Numbered from the stretch's first letter, positions 42,090-52,101 are shown. The stretch: DNA of 64,000 nucleotides from Chlorobium sp. (GCA_028281345.1 JANQKB010000051.1:7276-71275), one strand, 5' to 3'. Numbers and translations: made by a program. The notes: generated by a model from the sequence alone, not told the origin.

Positions 42090-43130
42090 TCAGCTATCAA
42101 CCAGGCAGTCCGCCCACGCAGCCTCAACATATTCAGGCAAATCATCCCACTGCCCTTTCGTGATCCATTCGGCAATATAGTTCACGGTTTTGCTGAACCC
42201 CATGGGACTTCTGTCCGGCTTGAGCAGCCAGTCTTTGAGGACGTCTCCATCAAGCGAATGCATGGTCATGCCGAGTGAAAGCTCTTCGACCGCCAGTGCA
42301 TTTGACTCCTGTTCAATCTGACCGTCAAGAGGTCTCACAAGCAGTTTTTTCCCCAGATGCAACGCCTCACCCGGCAGTTCGAACCCGGCATTGCAGACAA
42401 CTCCTGTACTCTCCTGAAGGTCCCGGAGAAAACCTTCACGTGAATACCCTCTGTATCGCAGATGACCATCATCACGATCGTCCTTGACCTTTCCGTATAT
42501 ATAGAACTCATGATTGTCAAAAGGAACAAGAAGTCTGGATACATCCTCAACCTCTTCAAAAGGGAGATAGACAAGCACCTTGTTCTCTTTTGGCTTGACA
42601 TTCCCGGCATCATAAAGGCTCTGGGGAATTACAGGAGGAAATACAGGCTCGTTAAAATGGTGCCAGTGGAGACCGGCGTTGTATTGTGCCGGAGCAAAGT
42701 TCAGCAAGGTGTAGCGCTCAAACACATTCCCCCTGGCCATGGGAACATGATAGCAGAAAGCGTACTGGTGACCGAACCCCATAGATGGAATATTCTTTAT
42801 CCTTGCCGCCATAGCGGTTACCGGCTCAAAGTCGGTAATGACAAGGTCAATCCCGTTTACATCCAGCGTAAACACATCCGACATAAGCCGCCCCAGATCG
42901 AGCTGGAACATGGTTTCGATGTAGTTCATCTTTCCGCGATAAGTTACCAGCGTAAGACCTTTCAACACCCTGTAAGGAGAAAAAACCTCGATTTCTTTCA
43001 GTTCTTCCTCTTTTCGTCCGCTGATTATTACCTCAACTTCGTGCCCCGAATCGCGCAGTCTGGTTACCAGTTCCCTGCTCCGGCTGATATGACCGTTTCC
43101 CGTTCCCTGAACGCCAAAAAGGATTTTCAT
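42090..43130 (-). CDS. Glycosyltransferase (MJ1255/VC2487-like)
   Basis: MKILFGVQGTGNGHISRSR, ITDFEP, NAGFELPGEA..LGKK, GQIEQESNA. Confidence 0.85.
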   Translation of the reverse strand: MKILFGVQGTGNGHISRSRELVTRLRDSGHEVEVIISGRKEEELKEIEVFSPYRVLKGLTLVTYRGKMNYIETMFQLDLGRLMSDVFTLDVNGIDLVITDFEPVTAMAARIKNIPSMGFGHQYAFCYHVPMARGNVFERYTLLNFAPAQYNAGLHWHHFNEPVFPPVIPQSLYDAGNVKPKENKVLVYLPFEEVEDVSRLLVPFDNHEFYIYGKVKDDRDDGHLRYRGYSREGFLRDLQESTGVVCNAGFELPGEALHLGKKLLVRPLDGQIEQESNALAVEELSLGMTMHSLDGDVLKDWLLKPDRSPMGFSKTVNYIAEWITKGQWDDLPEYVEAAWADCLVDS

Positions 43131-43142
43131 GTGCCACTAAAG

Positions 43143-45356
43143 CTATTTTTCGACGGTAAGATTGGCATACTGAACCATAAGCGTTTTCTCACCGGCATTT
43201 CTGAACTTGATTTTTGCCTTCTGGTGCTCGCCGCTCCCCTGAACAGCCTGAACAATGCCGGGGCCGAACATGGCATGATGCACCCTCATCCCCGACTCCA
43301 ACCCGGAAAATTTCTCCTGCAGGTCACTTTTTTCACCACCGCCTGAAAGCGATGAAGGTACAGAAGCTTTGCCGTTATAGTGACGAACGGTTTGTTTCTC
43401 TCCGGGAGGACCCGCCGTTTCTTGTTTTCTTCCGCCTTCCGTAACAAGAATATCGCTGTCAACCTCATCGATGAACATGGATTTCATGCACATCTGGGGT
43501 TGACCGTAATAGTACCGACTCTTGGCCCAGGAAAGAAAAACTTTCTGCTTTGCTCTTGTTACTGCAACGTAGAACAGCCGTCTTTCCTCTTCAAGCTCGT
43601 CCGACTCGTAATAATTGAGCGGAAAAAGCCTTTCTTCAAGACCGGTAACAAACACGACAGGAAACTCGAGACCTTTGGCCGCATGAACCGTCATTAAGGA
43701 AACGTAGTTGTCCGACTCCTGGATTGTATCGTAATCGGTTGCAAGAGAAATGCCATTCAGAAACTCGTTCAGACTGTTCGTCCCTTCGTTATGATCCGAG
43801 AAATCTCTTGCCATCGACAACAATTCCTGCAGATTTTCATGACGGGCCATCGATTCCGGGGTATTCTCCACCTGAAGTAACGAGGTGATACCCGTCAATT
43901 CATACAAGGCAGAGAGAACATCATAAACCGACCCTTCTTTTGCAATATCTTTCAACTGCTCTACAACAGCGATGAACCCCTGAAGAGCATTGCACAGTCT
44001 CGCAGGAAAAGCAGCCTTTTCGGCTTTGAGAATAGCCTCATAAACGGAGACGTTATTGACGACCGCATAGTCACGAAGCTTGCCGATACTGACCTCGCCG
44101 ATCTTTCGGGGCGGAAAATTGATAATCCGCAACAGGGACTCGGTATCCTGGTCATTACAGATAAACCGAAGATACGCAACAGCGTCCTTGATCTCCTTGC
44201 GTTTGTAAAACGAGACGCTCCCGAAAATCCTGTAAGGAATTCTGTCCATACGAAAGATATCCTCCAGAACCCTCGACTGTGCATTGGTGCGGTAAAAAAC
44301 CGCAAAATCCCTGTAGTCGAGCCCTTTCGTCAGTTTCCAGGTTCGAATGTACTCCCCGACCTTTTCCGCCTCTCGCTTCTCGTTGAATGATTCGAGAAGC
44401 GTCAGGGGTTCACCGCTGCTCTGCCTGGAAACAAGCTCCTTTTCTATCTGCTTCCGGTTGCGCCTGATAATCCCGTTCGCCGCCTGAAGAATTGTCTGTG
44501 TACTGCGATAGTTCTCGACCAGCTTGAACACCGACGCCTCAGGGTAATCATCCTGGAAATTCAGAATATTGGTGATATCTGCACCGCGCCAGGAATAGAT
44601 GGACTGTGCGTCATCCCCTACCACAAAAATGTTTCGATGAACAGCGGCAAGGGATTTCGCAACAAGGTACTGGGCACGATTCGTGTCCTGGTACTCGTCT
44701 ATCATGATGTAACGGAAATAGTTCTGTAGCTGGTCGAGAACCGCTGGTTGCGCCTGAAAAAGCTCTAGCGGTTTTATGAGAAGATCATCAAAGTCAAGAG
44801 CGTTGTTTTCCCGTAACTTGCGGGCATACACTTCATAGATCTGCGCGGCTTTCTGACCGTTATAGTCAGAAGCCTTTACTTGAAACTGGTCCGGCAGGAT
44901 AAAACTGTTTTTCGCCTTGCTGATAATACTCTGAACGATATTGACCGGAACGGAATCGACAGGAATGTTCAGCTCCTTCATTACCTGCCTGATAAGGCTC
45001 TTGCTGTCGTCGGAATCATAAATCGAAAAATTGCCGTCATAGCCGATGAGGTGAATGTAATTGCGAAGCAGGCGGGCAAATATCGAGTGGAATGTGCCTA
45101 TCCAGAGTCCTCTGGAACTCCCGCCGTGCAGCAGTTCATCAACCCTCTGACGCATTTCATTGGCGGCCTTGTTGGTGAAGGTCAATGCAAGAATCTGATG
45201 TGGAGCGACCTTCTCTTCACCGATCAGATAGGCTATTCTATAGGTAATAACCCTGGTTTTACCGGAACCCGCTCCTGCGAGCACCATAACCGGGCCGTCT
45301 GTTGTCTGAACGGCCTGCCGCTGCACGTCATTCAGTTGCTGAAGAAAATCAATCAA
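43143..45356 (-). CDS. pcrA: UvrD/PcrA helicase
   Basis: LAGAGSGKT, TFTNKAA, DEYQDTN, VGDDAQSIYSWRGA, NYRS, MTVHAAKGLEF, EERRLFYVAVTRA. Confidence 0.95.
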   Translation of the reverse strand: MIDFLQQLNDVQRQAVQTTDGPVMVLAGAGSGKTRVITYRIAYLIGEEKVAPHQILALTFTNKAANEMRQRVDELLHGGSSRGLWIGTFHSIFARLLRNYIHLIGYDGNFSIYDSDDSKSLIRQVMKELNIPVDSVPVNIVQSIISKAKNSFILPDQFQVKASDYNGQKAAQIYEVYARKLRENNALDFDDLLIKPLELFQAQPAVLDQLQNYFRYIMIDEYQDTNRAQYLVAKSLAAVHRNIFVVGDDAQSIYSWRGADITNILNFQDDYPEASVFKLVENYRSTQTILQAANGIIRRNRKQIEKELVSRQSSGEPLTLLESFNEKREAEKVGEYIRTWKLTKGLDYRDFAVFYRTNAQSRVLEDIFRMDRIPYRIFGSVSFYKRKEIKDAVAYLRFICNDQDTESLLRIINFPPRKIGEVSIGKLRDYAVVNNVSVYEAILKAEKAAFPARLCNALQGFIAVVEQLKDIAKEGSVYDVLSALYELTGITSLLQVENTPESMARHENLQELLSMARDFSDHNEGTNSLNEFLNGISLATDYDTIQESDNYVSLMTVHAAKGLEFPVVFVTGLEERLFPLNYYESDELEEERRLFYVAVTRAKQKVFLSWAKSRYYYGQPQMCMKSMFIDEVDSDILVTEGGRKQETAGPPGEKQTVRHYNGKASVPSSLSGGGEKSDLQEKFSGLESGMRVHHAMFGPGIVQAVQGSGEHQKAKIKFRNAGEKTLMVQYANLTVEK

Positions 45357-45427
45357 CGCAGTGTCTCTGGAAAAAAGTTAATCCGCAAGTGCTTGCTCAA
45401 GCCTCATCATTTCATCGCGGTTAAAAT

Positions 45428-45455
45428 AAAAAAAAAAGCCGGGTCAACGCCCGGC
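45428..45455 (-). terminator. Terminator of the lipoprotein operon
   Basis: gccggg/cccggc stem plus an A10 run. Confidence 0.8.
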
Positions 45456-45483
45456 AAAATCATCTGTAACCAATAAATGTTTT

Positions 45484-45906
45484 TTACTCCACTTGGTGAG
45501 CAGTCAAAAACATTGCCTTCTCAAGTGCAGAAAAAAACTGCTGATACGGTTCAGGTTCTTTAACAGGCTTGATATTGTGCTGTGCATTAGCTCGAACCAA
45601 CAACTGAGTTTTGCCTCTGGGCCGAACAGTAACAGTCATGCGAAGTGAATAGTTGTCAAGTTTTGTAGCACTGACTGAGCCAAGCACCGCATCTGCCTTA
45701 TCGATAACAAACCCAAGGTCTTGCAGTGTTGATATAACCGTTCGCAAAGTTTTCTCTTTATCTGTGGTATCAAAAGCCCTGGTCTGTATACTCCTGATTT
45801 GAACCTGGCTTACATCGGAATCAAGCAGGCGCTCCTTTGTCGATGCACACCCTATAACCCCCATCAACAAAAAAACTGACATTACAGTAACTAACGTTTT
45901 TTTCAT
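45484..45906 (-). CDS. Hypothetical lipoprotein (paralog of the adjacent gene)
   Basis: Lipobox VIGC; QTRAFDT..K..TL..VI..LQDLGF.I motif. Confidence 0.8.
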   Translation of the reverse strand: MKKTLVTVMSVFLLMGVIGCASTKERLLDSDVSQVQIRSIQTRAFDTTDKEKTLRTVISTLQDLGFVIDKADAVLGSVSATKLDNYSLRMTVTVRPRGKTQLLVRANAQHNIKPVKEPEPYQQFFSALEKAMFLTAHQVE

Positions 45907-46433
45907 ATTTCTTGCGCCTCCAAGAATATTGATTTTGAAAGTTTGTCAAAAAAACCCTGATAAATTTCCTCGTCATCAATGCATTCTGCCTTTGTGACCT
46001 GTCCATGTGTATTCCACACCATTCTCTGAAAAGTAACCCTGACTGCGGTGTACCCAGCGTTTTCACCCAAAGGCCTTGTTACAACAGAAGCACGAATAGT
46101 CTGATCTTTATCTGTTGGAGTAGCTCCACCACCAAATAGCGCAATGAAAACGGCCATTGCCTGTTGCCCAGCGTCAACAGCACTGCGTTTTTTTGAGGCA
46201 GAAATAACACCCAACTTCGACTCGCTTTCATTGAGGTTAAAACCCATATCCTGAAGAACAGCAGCGACAGCTGATAAAATTTCACCCTCATTTTTAGTCT
46301 CATACTTGCGGGTTTGCTGTTGTCTGGTAGCCAATGATTCATTTGACATTACCAGCGCATCTTTCGGCAACGTCGACTGACAGCCTGAAACAAAAAAAAC
46401 GCCGATCAGAAAAAGTGATAGTAATTTTTTCAT
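45903..46433 (-). CDS. Hypothetical lipoprotein
   Basis: Lipobox VSGC; QTRKYET..E..IL..V..VLQDMGF.L motif. Confidence 0.8.
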   Translation of the reverse strand: MKKLLSLFLIGVFFVSGCQSTLPKDALVMSNESLATRQQQTRKYETKNEGEILSAVAAVLQDMGFNLNESESKLGVISASKKRSAVDAGQQAMAVFIALFGGGATPTDKDQTIRASVVTRPLGENAGYTAVRVTFQRMVWNTHGQVTKAECIDDEEIYQGFFDKLSKSIFLEAQEI

Positions 46434-46445
46434 TGAAACTTTTGG

Positions 46446-46838
46446 TTAAAACCTTGAAGAATGATATGCGTAATCACGAACATTATTATCGCGATCGAAT
46501 TTTATAACTATTGTCAATGTTCTCTGACTGGTTGATACCGCGCCGGTTGAGATAAACAACCCCCCTTTTGAATACACTTTATCGGTAGCCACCTTATCAT
46601 ATACCCATACTTCACGTCCTTGCTCATCAGTAGAAACAACATTTGGAGAGCCAAGCTCCTCCACAACTTCTGCGCTTGACATTCCTTTTTTTATTTCTTT
46701 CTGAACAACTCCTACCGTAACTCGGTCACCTTGAAGTCCTTTTTGGGTTTCGGCTGCATGATGCGAAGCACTACACCCGGAAAACGTTAACGACCCTAAT
46801 GCCAGCACACATAAAATTATCAGATTCGTTATTCTCAT
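46446..46838 (-). CDS. SmpA/OmlA (BamE)-like lipoprotein
   Basis: Lipobox FSGC; IKKGMSSAEVVEELGSP...VWVY...LTIVIKFD. Confidence 0.75.
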   Translation of the reverse strand: MRITNLIILCVLALGSLTFSGCSASHHAAETQKGLQGDRVTVGVVQKEIKKGMSSAEVVEELGSPNVVSTDEQGREVWVYDKVATDKVYSKGGLFISTGAVSTSQRTLTIVIKFDRDNNVRDYAYHSSRF

Positions 46839-47218
46839 AACTATCCTCCTAAAAAGGGATTAAGTTTAACATCGTTTATGGAAATAATTAAGGCTAATTA
46901 TACAATTTTTTATGCTTATTACCCACAAAACATCACTATTTTACTTAATGACAACTTCAATCATACAAAACAATTAACTTCCGCCGGGAAAGTTGAGTCG
47001 TCTTTGAGCAAACGCAATCAGAGAAGCTACTCCTTATCGCCCCAAGAATAAGACAACGTATTTTACATGTTGCCCCTGATTCACAACGTGTAAGCTGACA
47101 CCAATAATGAAAAATCTATCCAAAAGATGAATGACAAAAAAAACAGCCCCCTTTGAAACATTCACTTTCAGGAAAATATGCCCCCCTCAAAAGTATATCT
47201 GTCTCAGGCACTTGACAT

Positions 47219-47497
47219 TCATGCATCTCCTTCAAGCCTCCCCTTTATCCATGCCGGGTTTTTTCGGCAATCGAGCACCGCATAGACCAGAATGTCATCA
47301 TTGTTAGACTTTGTAATAAATTGCGAAAGGAAAACGTTTGAATGAATGGGATGTACACCGTAGTAGAGAATCAGGAAATCGATATCCGAAAAAAGCGTAT
47401 CAAGGAAATAACTGCCTAACCCGGCTGATTGGCGCTCGTAGAAGTAAAATCCGTTGATGAGGTCTTCGTTGGCAGAGGGCAGTATCTTGATTTTCAT
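47219..47497 (-). CDS. RelE/ParE-family toxin with an internal out-of-frame segment (probably defective)
   Basis: N-terminus MKIKILPSANEDLINGFYFYE..GLG.YF and C-terminus ILVYAVLDCRKNP are typical. The KRFPFAIYYKV motif is present only in an alternative frame. Confidence 0.8.
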   Translation of the reverse strand: MKIKILPSANEDLINGFYFYERQSAGLGSYFLDTLFSDIDFLILYYGVHPIHSNVFLSQFITKSNNDDILVYAVLDCRKNPAWIKGRLEGDA

Positions 47498-47718
47498 TGC
47501 GTTTTAGCTCGAATTTCCTTTTTTGCCACTGCCCAATCCATCGGCTCCTCTTCACAACTGACCACTTTTTTCTCACGTGATGCCAACACATCGCTGTGCC
47601 AATCAGGTGATTGCATAGCGTCATTGCGGCAAAGATCATCCCAGATCAATTCCATCATTTCAAGCTTTTCCTCAATACTCATACCTTGAATCGATACGGT
47701 AGACATAGTCATATCCAA
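47494..47718 (-). CDS. Addiction-module antitoxin component
   Basis: MSIEEKLEMMELIWDDL...SPDWH..VL..R...MDW..AK..IR; overlaps the toxin start. Confidence 0.85.
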   Translation of the reverse strand: MDMTMSTVSIQGMSIEEKLEMMELIWDDLCRNDAMQSPDWHSDVLASREKKVVSCEEEPMDWAVAKKEIRAKTQ

Positions 47719-47803
47719 CCTTCTTTAATGGTTTCTACCTTTAAAGGTATTGATATTTTCAATCTTCTTCATGCTTAATCGCATGTATTAACAGAGTATT
47801 CTT

Positions 47804-48100
47804 TCAGCTTTCATAAAGGCTGGACGTTTTCTCGGCCATTTCGAAATCCTTCTCGCTCAACCCGCCGAGCGAGTGGCTCCACCAGGAAACTGTTACCTTT
47901 CCCCATTCGGTAAGCACTGCCGGATGATGATCGGCTTTTTCGGCAATCATCCCGACTTTTACACTGAAAGCCATTGCCCCGACAAAGTCGTCAAATGTGA
48001 AAACTCTTACGAGACGCTTCTCCCCATCAACCGCAATCACCTCCCATCCGGACAGCTTCCGGGCTTTCTCTTCAACAGCACTGTCAGCCAGCTTTTCCAT
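47804..48100 (-). CDS. phhB: Pterin-4-alpha-carbinolamine dehydratase
   Basis: F.FDDF..AM.F, AEKADHHP, WGKVTVSWWSH..GGLS..DF. The ATG at 48100 is preferred. Confidence 0.9.
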   Translation of the reverse strand: MEKLADSAVEEKARKLSGWEVIAVDGEKRLVRVFTFDDFVGAMAFSVKVGMIAEKADHHPAVLTEWGKVTVSWWSHSLGGLSEKDFEMAEKTSSLYES

Positions 48101-48272
48101 AGAGAGTCCCTCCGTTTGCTTTAACAAGTTACCGGCGCCTTTAAAAAACAATATCCTTCTTTTATTCTATCCCCGGGCAACACGCAATGACACAATCATT
48201 TTACATTTTATCGATACACATTCAGTGCTATATTAGAACCCGAAACCAATAACGCACCACCACACTGAGGCA

Positions 48273-49721
48273 ATGTTCCCATTAGTTTACGAAATAAACA
48301 CCAGGATCTGGCTCCGCCGGCTTTCCGACATATACCAGAAACCCGTCACGCTTGGCACGATTCCGGAAAAAGAGTTTGACTTTTTCAAGACTTGCGGCTT
48401 CAACATCATCTGGCTGATGGGCGTATGGAAACCAAGTCTTTACAGCCAGGCAATAGCCCGCTCGCACCAGGGCCTCCGAACGGTCTTTCTTGAACAGCTT
48501 GAAAGCCTTGCTCCTGAAGACATTGGGGCCTCTCCTTATGCCATACCCGAATACAGTCTCAACCCCTCTCTCGGTGAGAAAGAAGAGCTCGATATATTCC
48601 GCAAAAGACTCAGCGATTCAGGAATAAAGCTCATGCTTGATTTTGTTCCCAACCATCTGGCGCTCGACAACAAATGGCTTCCTGAACACCCGGAATATTT
48701 CGTTGCCGTATCGAGTGAAGAGCACTACCTCGACCCTGATTCATGCTTCGAATACAAGCACGATCATTACCTGGCCCACGGGAAGGACCCATACTTCCCT
48801 GCATGGACGGATACCTTGCAACTGAACTATGCAAATCCGGAGACCCATGAACTTATGATGGAAAACCTGCTTTCGGTCAGTGAACAATGCGATGCCGTCC
48901 GTTGTGATGTAGCCATGTTGATCCTCAAGTCGGTTTTTGACACAACATGGGCTCCTCTCAGCGGTCCGATGCCCGAAGAATTCTGGCCAAAAGCAATCAG
49001 TGCCGTAAAATCCCGAAAACCGGACTTTCTTTTTCTTGCAGAATCATACTGGAACAAGGAGTGGGAACTGCAGCAGCTGGGTTTCAACTACACCTACGAC
49101 AAGCCGTTTTATGACCATATCACCTCACATCCGGTCAACATAACCAGGCTCAGAGAGCATCTGAAAGCCGAATGGCGCTACCAGTCAAAGCTGTGCCTTT
49201 TCCTGGAAAACCATGACGAACCCCGCGCCGCAAAAAAGCTCGGGCCGAATCATCTTGTCGGTGCTTTGATCCTGCTGACTTCACCCGGAATGCATCTTAT
49301 TCACCAGGGGCAAATGGAAGGGTTCAAGCTTCAGCTTCCTGTGCAGTTGCTCCGCCATGCAAATGAACCTCCGAGCGTCGAACTGTCGAAATTCTATCAG
49401 AAACTTTTCGATCTTACCAATACAGACGTTTTCACAAAGGGGAAAATTGAGGTTCTGCACCTCAATGTCCATGACACTTCAGGCTGTGTAGGATATCGCC
49501 GCCATCTCAACGGAGAGTCGGCATTCATCGTGACAAACTTCAGCTCAACCGGAGTTGAGATCAGCATTGAACACGAAAAACTGGTACAGCTTGAAAAAAG
49601 GAACTACACGATTTTCAGCACACAGCAGAAACAGAACCCTTTCGAAACATGTCCTCATGAAACAGGCATAAGCATCAGGCTTTTTCCGCACGAGGGAATC
49701 ATCATCCACTGCAAAGATTGA
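48273..49721 (+). CDS. GH13 alpha-amylase family glycosidase
   Basis: Catalytic triad motifs AVRCDVAM, FLAESYW and LENHDE; LMLDFVPNH. Confidence 0.9.
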   Translation: MFPLVYEINTRIWLRRLSDIYQKPVTLGTIPEKEFDFFKTCGFNIIWLMGVWKPSLYSQAIARSHQGLRTVFLEQLESLAPEDIGASPYAIPEYSLNPSLGEKEELDIFRKRLSDSGIKLMLDFVPNHLALDNKWLPEHPEYFVAVSSEEHYLDPDSCFEYKHDHYLAHGKDPYFPAWTDTLQLNYANPETHELMMENLLSVSEQCDAVRCDVAMLILKSVFDTTWAPLSGPMPEEFWPKAISAVKSRKPDFLFLAESYWNKEWELQQLGFNYTYDKPFYDHITSHPVNITRLREHLKAEWRYQSKLCLFLENHDEPRAAKKLGPNHLVGALILLTSPGMHLIHQGQMEGFKLQLPVQLLRHANEPPSVELSKFYQKLFDLTNTDVFTKGKIEVLHLNVHDTSGCVGYRRHLNGESAFIVTNFSSTGVEISIEHEKLVQLEKRNYTIFSTQQKQNPFETCPHETGISIRLFPHEGIIIHCKD

Positions 49722-49823
49722 CTATCCGGCTTCCTCTCAGCGTTGCACAGTTCATCTTGCGAACGTACATTACTACCTGATTTTCCTTTACTGTAAGCAT
49801 ACCGGATATAACACCATTGCCGC

Positions 49824-50372
49824 ATGCATGAACGTAATCGATTGCTCAACGGTGAAATTCTTATTGATCTTTCCTATTACGAAAATGATGTCATAGGTGT
49901 AACCGGCGGGATATATATTGAAGCCCGGCCTCAAGAAGTCTGGAAAACACTGACGGATTATGACAATCTCAGCAAAACGCTCCCCAAAGTTGTAGCAAGC
50001 CGTCTGATTGAAAAGAAAAACGGGGAAATAATCCTTGAGCAAACCGGCAAAACCGGCATCCTGATCTTTGAAAAAACCGTCAATTTCCGGCTGAAGATAT
50101 ACGAAGAGTACCTTCACCGGGTTTCATTCGAACAGATAAGCGGTGACTTCCATGTCTATCATGGAGAGTGGCTGCTGGAAAAACACCCTGAGCAAAAGGG
50201 AACGTTCCTGCACTATAATGCTAAAATAAAACCTCTGTTCTTTGCCCCGCCGATTCTGGTGAGTTTCGTGCAGCGACAGGATCTTCCCGGCATACTCTCT
50301 GCACATAAAGAACATGCCGAATCTGCAGCTCTGTACCGAAAAAAAACAAACATGAAAGGGCATGCTCTATAA
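49824..50372 (+). CDS. SRPBCC/START (cyclase-dehydrase) family protein
   Basis: VWKTLTDYDNLSKTLP.V..SR, VSFEQISGDF..Y.GEW.L. Confidence 0.85.
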   Translation: MHERNRLLNGEILIDLSYYENDVIGVTGGIYIEARPQEVWKTLTDYDNLSKTLPKVVASRLIEKKNGEIILEQTGKTGILIFEKTVNFRLKIYEEYLHRVSFEQISGDFHVYHGEWLLEKHPEQKGTFLHYNAKIKPLFFAPPILVSFVQRQDLPGILSAHKEHAESAALYRKKTNMKGHAL

Positions 50373-51033
50373 AAAAGGAATATTCCCGGTATTGCTTGTT
50401 ACTGTATTGCTCCTGCTGTTTATCACACGCCTTTCTGCAACTGAACATGCACAGAATACCCTTACTGCAGACCAATTCCGACTGCTTGACGGGGAAACGG
50501 TAATCAATCTTCAGAGAAATGACGACGACATCGTCGACGTATCAGGATCTATCTACATCCACTCTATGCCTGAAACAATATGGACAGTCATCACCGATTA
50601 CAATAACCTGGCCAACACAATGCCCAGGGTAAAGGAAAGCCGTGTCGTCCAGGAAAACGGCAATGTCAAAATTGTCGACCAGACCAGTAAAACCGGCGTG
50701 CTGTTCCTGAAAATCAAGTTCAGCACCAGAATGACAATTACCGAAGTTTTTCCGGACACGCTTTCTTTTGAACTTATCAGCGGGGATTTCGAAACTTTCA
50801 ATGGAAAATGGGTTCTTACACCTCACAAAGAAGAGAACGGAACATTTCTTTCGTGGTCAGCCAGGGTAAAACCCGACTTTTCGGCTCCAGGGTTCATTAT
50901 CGATGCCGTCCAGAAAAGAGACCTCCGCCAGTTGCTTGAAACCATCAAGAAACTTTCCGAACCCGGCGTGACCGCACCTTCCGAAAAAGAAAAAAAGGAA
51001 GTTCAGAAACACCAGTCCGCACACAACGGATAA
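50362..51033 (+). CDS. SRPBCC family protein with a signal peptide (paralog of the upstream gene)
   Basis: IWTVITDYNNLANTMPRVKESR, LSFELISGDF..F.GKW.L; hydrophobic N-terminus. Confidence 0.85.
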   Translation: MLYKKGIFPVLLVTVLLLLFITRLSATEHAQNTLTADQFRLLDGETVINLQRNDDDIVDVSGSIYIHSMPETIWTVITDYNNLANTMPRVKESRVVQENGNVKIVDQTSKTGVLFLKIKFSTRMTITEVFPDTLSFELISGDFETFNGKWVLTPHKEENGTFLSWSARVKPDFSAPGFIIDAVQKRDLRQLLETIKKLSEPGVTAPSEKEKKEVQKHQSAHNG

Positions 51034-51045
51034 GAATAACCAATC

Positions 51046-52101
51046 TCATTTTTCAGCGCATCCGGACATTTTTCTTTCCGGAGCGTTACGTCTGAAAAGT
51101 ATAGATACCGGGGCATTACGGAAAAGCCGGAAGTCGGAAACCTTTCGCTCGCCCTGAACTTTTTTGCGTTTACTGACTGTTTTGTGCAGATGCAATACAT
51201 TGTCCCACAACGCACGCAACACACTCAAGGCACTCCTTTGTTCCCTTTTTGCAAGATAGCGGACCACAGCCGCACATTCGAGTAACAGGCGGAGAGGGAG
51301 AACCCAGGCAAGAGCAGCTGCACTCCTGTCTTTGAGAAGCATCGCAATGTTGTTTCGATGATTCAGGAAAGTCTTTTCAGGTTCTCCTGCACGAAGAGAA
51401 GCTCCCCCCTCATGGTACACCACGGCCGAAGGGACGGCAACAACCCGGTAGCCACGGAGCAGGATACGCCAGCAAAGATCAATCTCTTCCATATGCATAA
51501 AAAAATCCTCGTCAAACCCTCCGAGTTCAGCAACAACGTCTCTCCTGGCGAACATGGCAACTCCGGAAGCCCAGAAAATGTCCTGCCCTCGGTCATACTG
51601 ACCATAATCGTTTTCCGTCCGGGAAAATGTCCTGCCGTAACAGTACGGATAGCCCAGCCTGTCAATCAACCCGCCTGCTCCGCCTGCATAATCAAAAACC
51701 CGGTTTCCGGTGCGCCGTGCCGGCAAAGAGAGAACTTTCGGCTGAAGCGCCGCGATTGTACCATCAGCCTCAGCTGTATCTACAATAAAATCAAGCCATG
51801 ATGGATCATCAACAGCGGTATCATCATTCATGAAAACCACGTACTTTGCAAGCGAAGAAAAAAGACCGCTGTTGCAGCCTCCGGCATAACCCCTGTTGGA
51901 CGGCAGTGAAAGAACCCTAAGCTTCTCGAACCTTTTTGCAAGGCTCAACAGGGCGGGCTCTTCCCCGCTGCCATTATCGACAACACAGATACGCATTGCC
52001 TCGTAAGAGGTTTTTGCAAGAGAATCAAGGCATTGCTCCAGCATGGTAATCCCCCTGAAGTGTGGAATGATGATCTCAACAGAGGATTTTTGCTGCGCCA
52101 C
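51046..52101 (-). CDS. GT2 family glycosyltransferase
   Basis: IIIPHF, VVDNGS, NRGYAGGCN, MNDD, WASG, FDEDFFMHMEEIDLCWR. Confidence 0.92.
   Translation of the reverse strand: MAQQKSSVEIIIPHFRGITMLEQCLDSLAKTSYEAMRICVVDNGSGEEPALLSLAKRFEKLRVLSLPSNRGYAGGCNSGLFSSLAKYVVFMNDDTAVDDPSWLDFIVDTAEADGTIAALQPKVLSLPARRTGNRVFDYAGGAGGLIDRLGYPYCYGRTFSRTENDYGQYDRGQDIFWASGVAMFARRDVVAELGGFDEDFFMHMEEIDLCWRILLRGYRVVAVPSAVVYHEGGASLRAGEPEKTFLNHRNNIAMLLKDRSAAALAWVLPLRLLLECAAVVRYLAKREQRSALSVLRALWDNVLHLHKTVSKRKKVQGERKVSDFRLFRNAPVSILFRRNAPERKMSGCAEK

Noticed and set aside
38946-47151. Shared 16-mer aaaaaaacagccccct at ~38946 and ~47137
   Set aside because: Low complexity, only two copies and no extended homology; likely chance or terminator-like halves.
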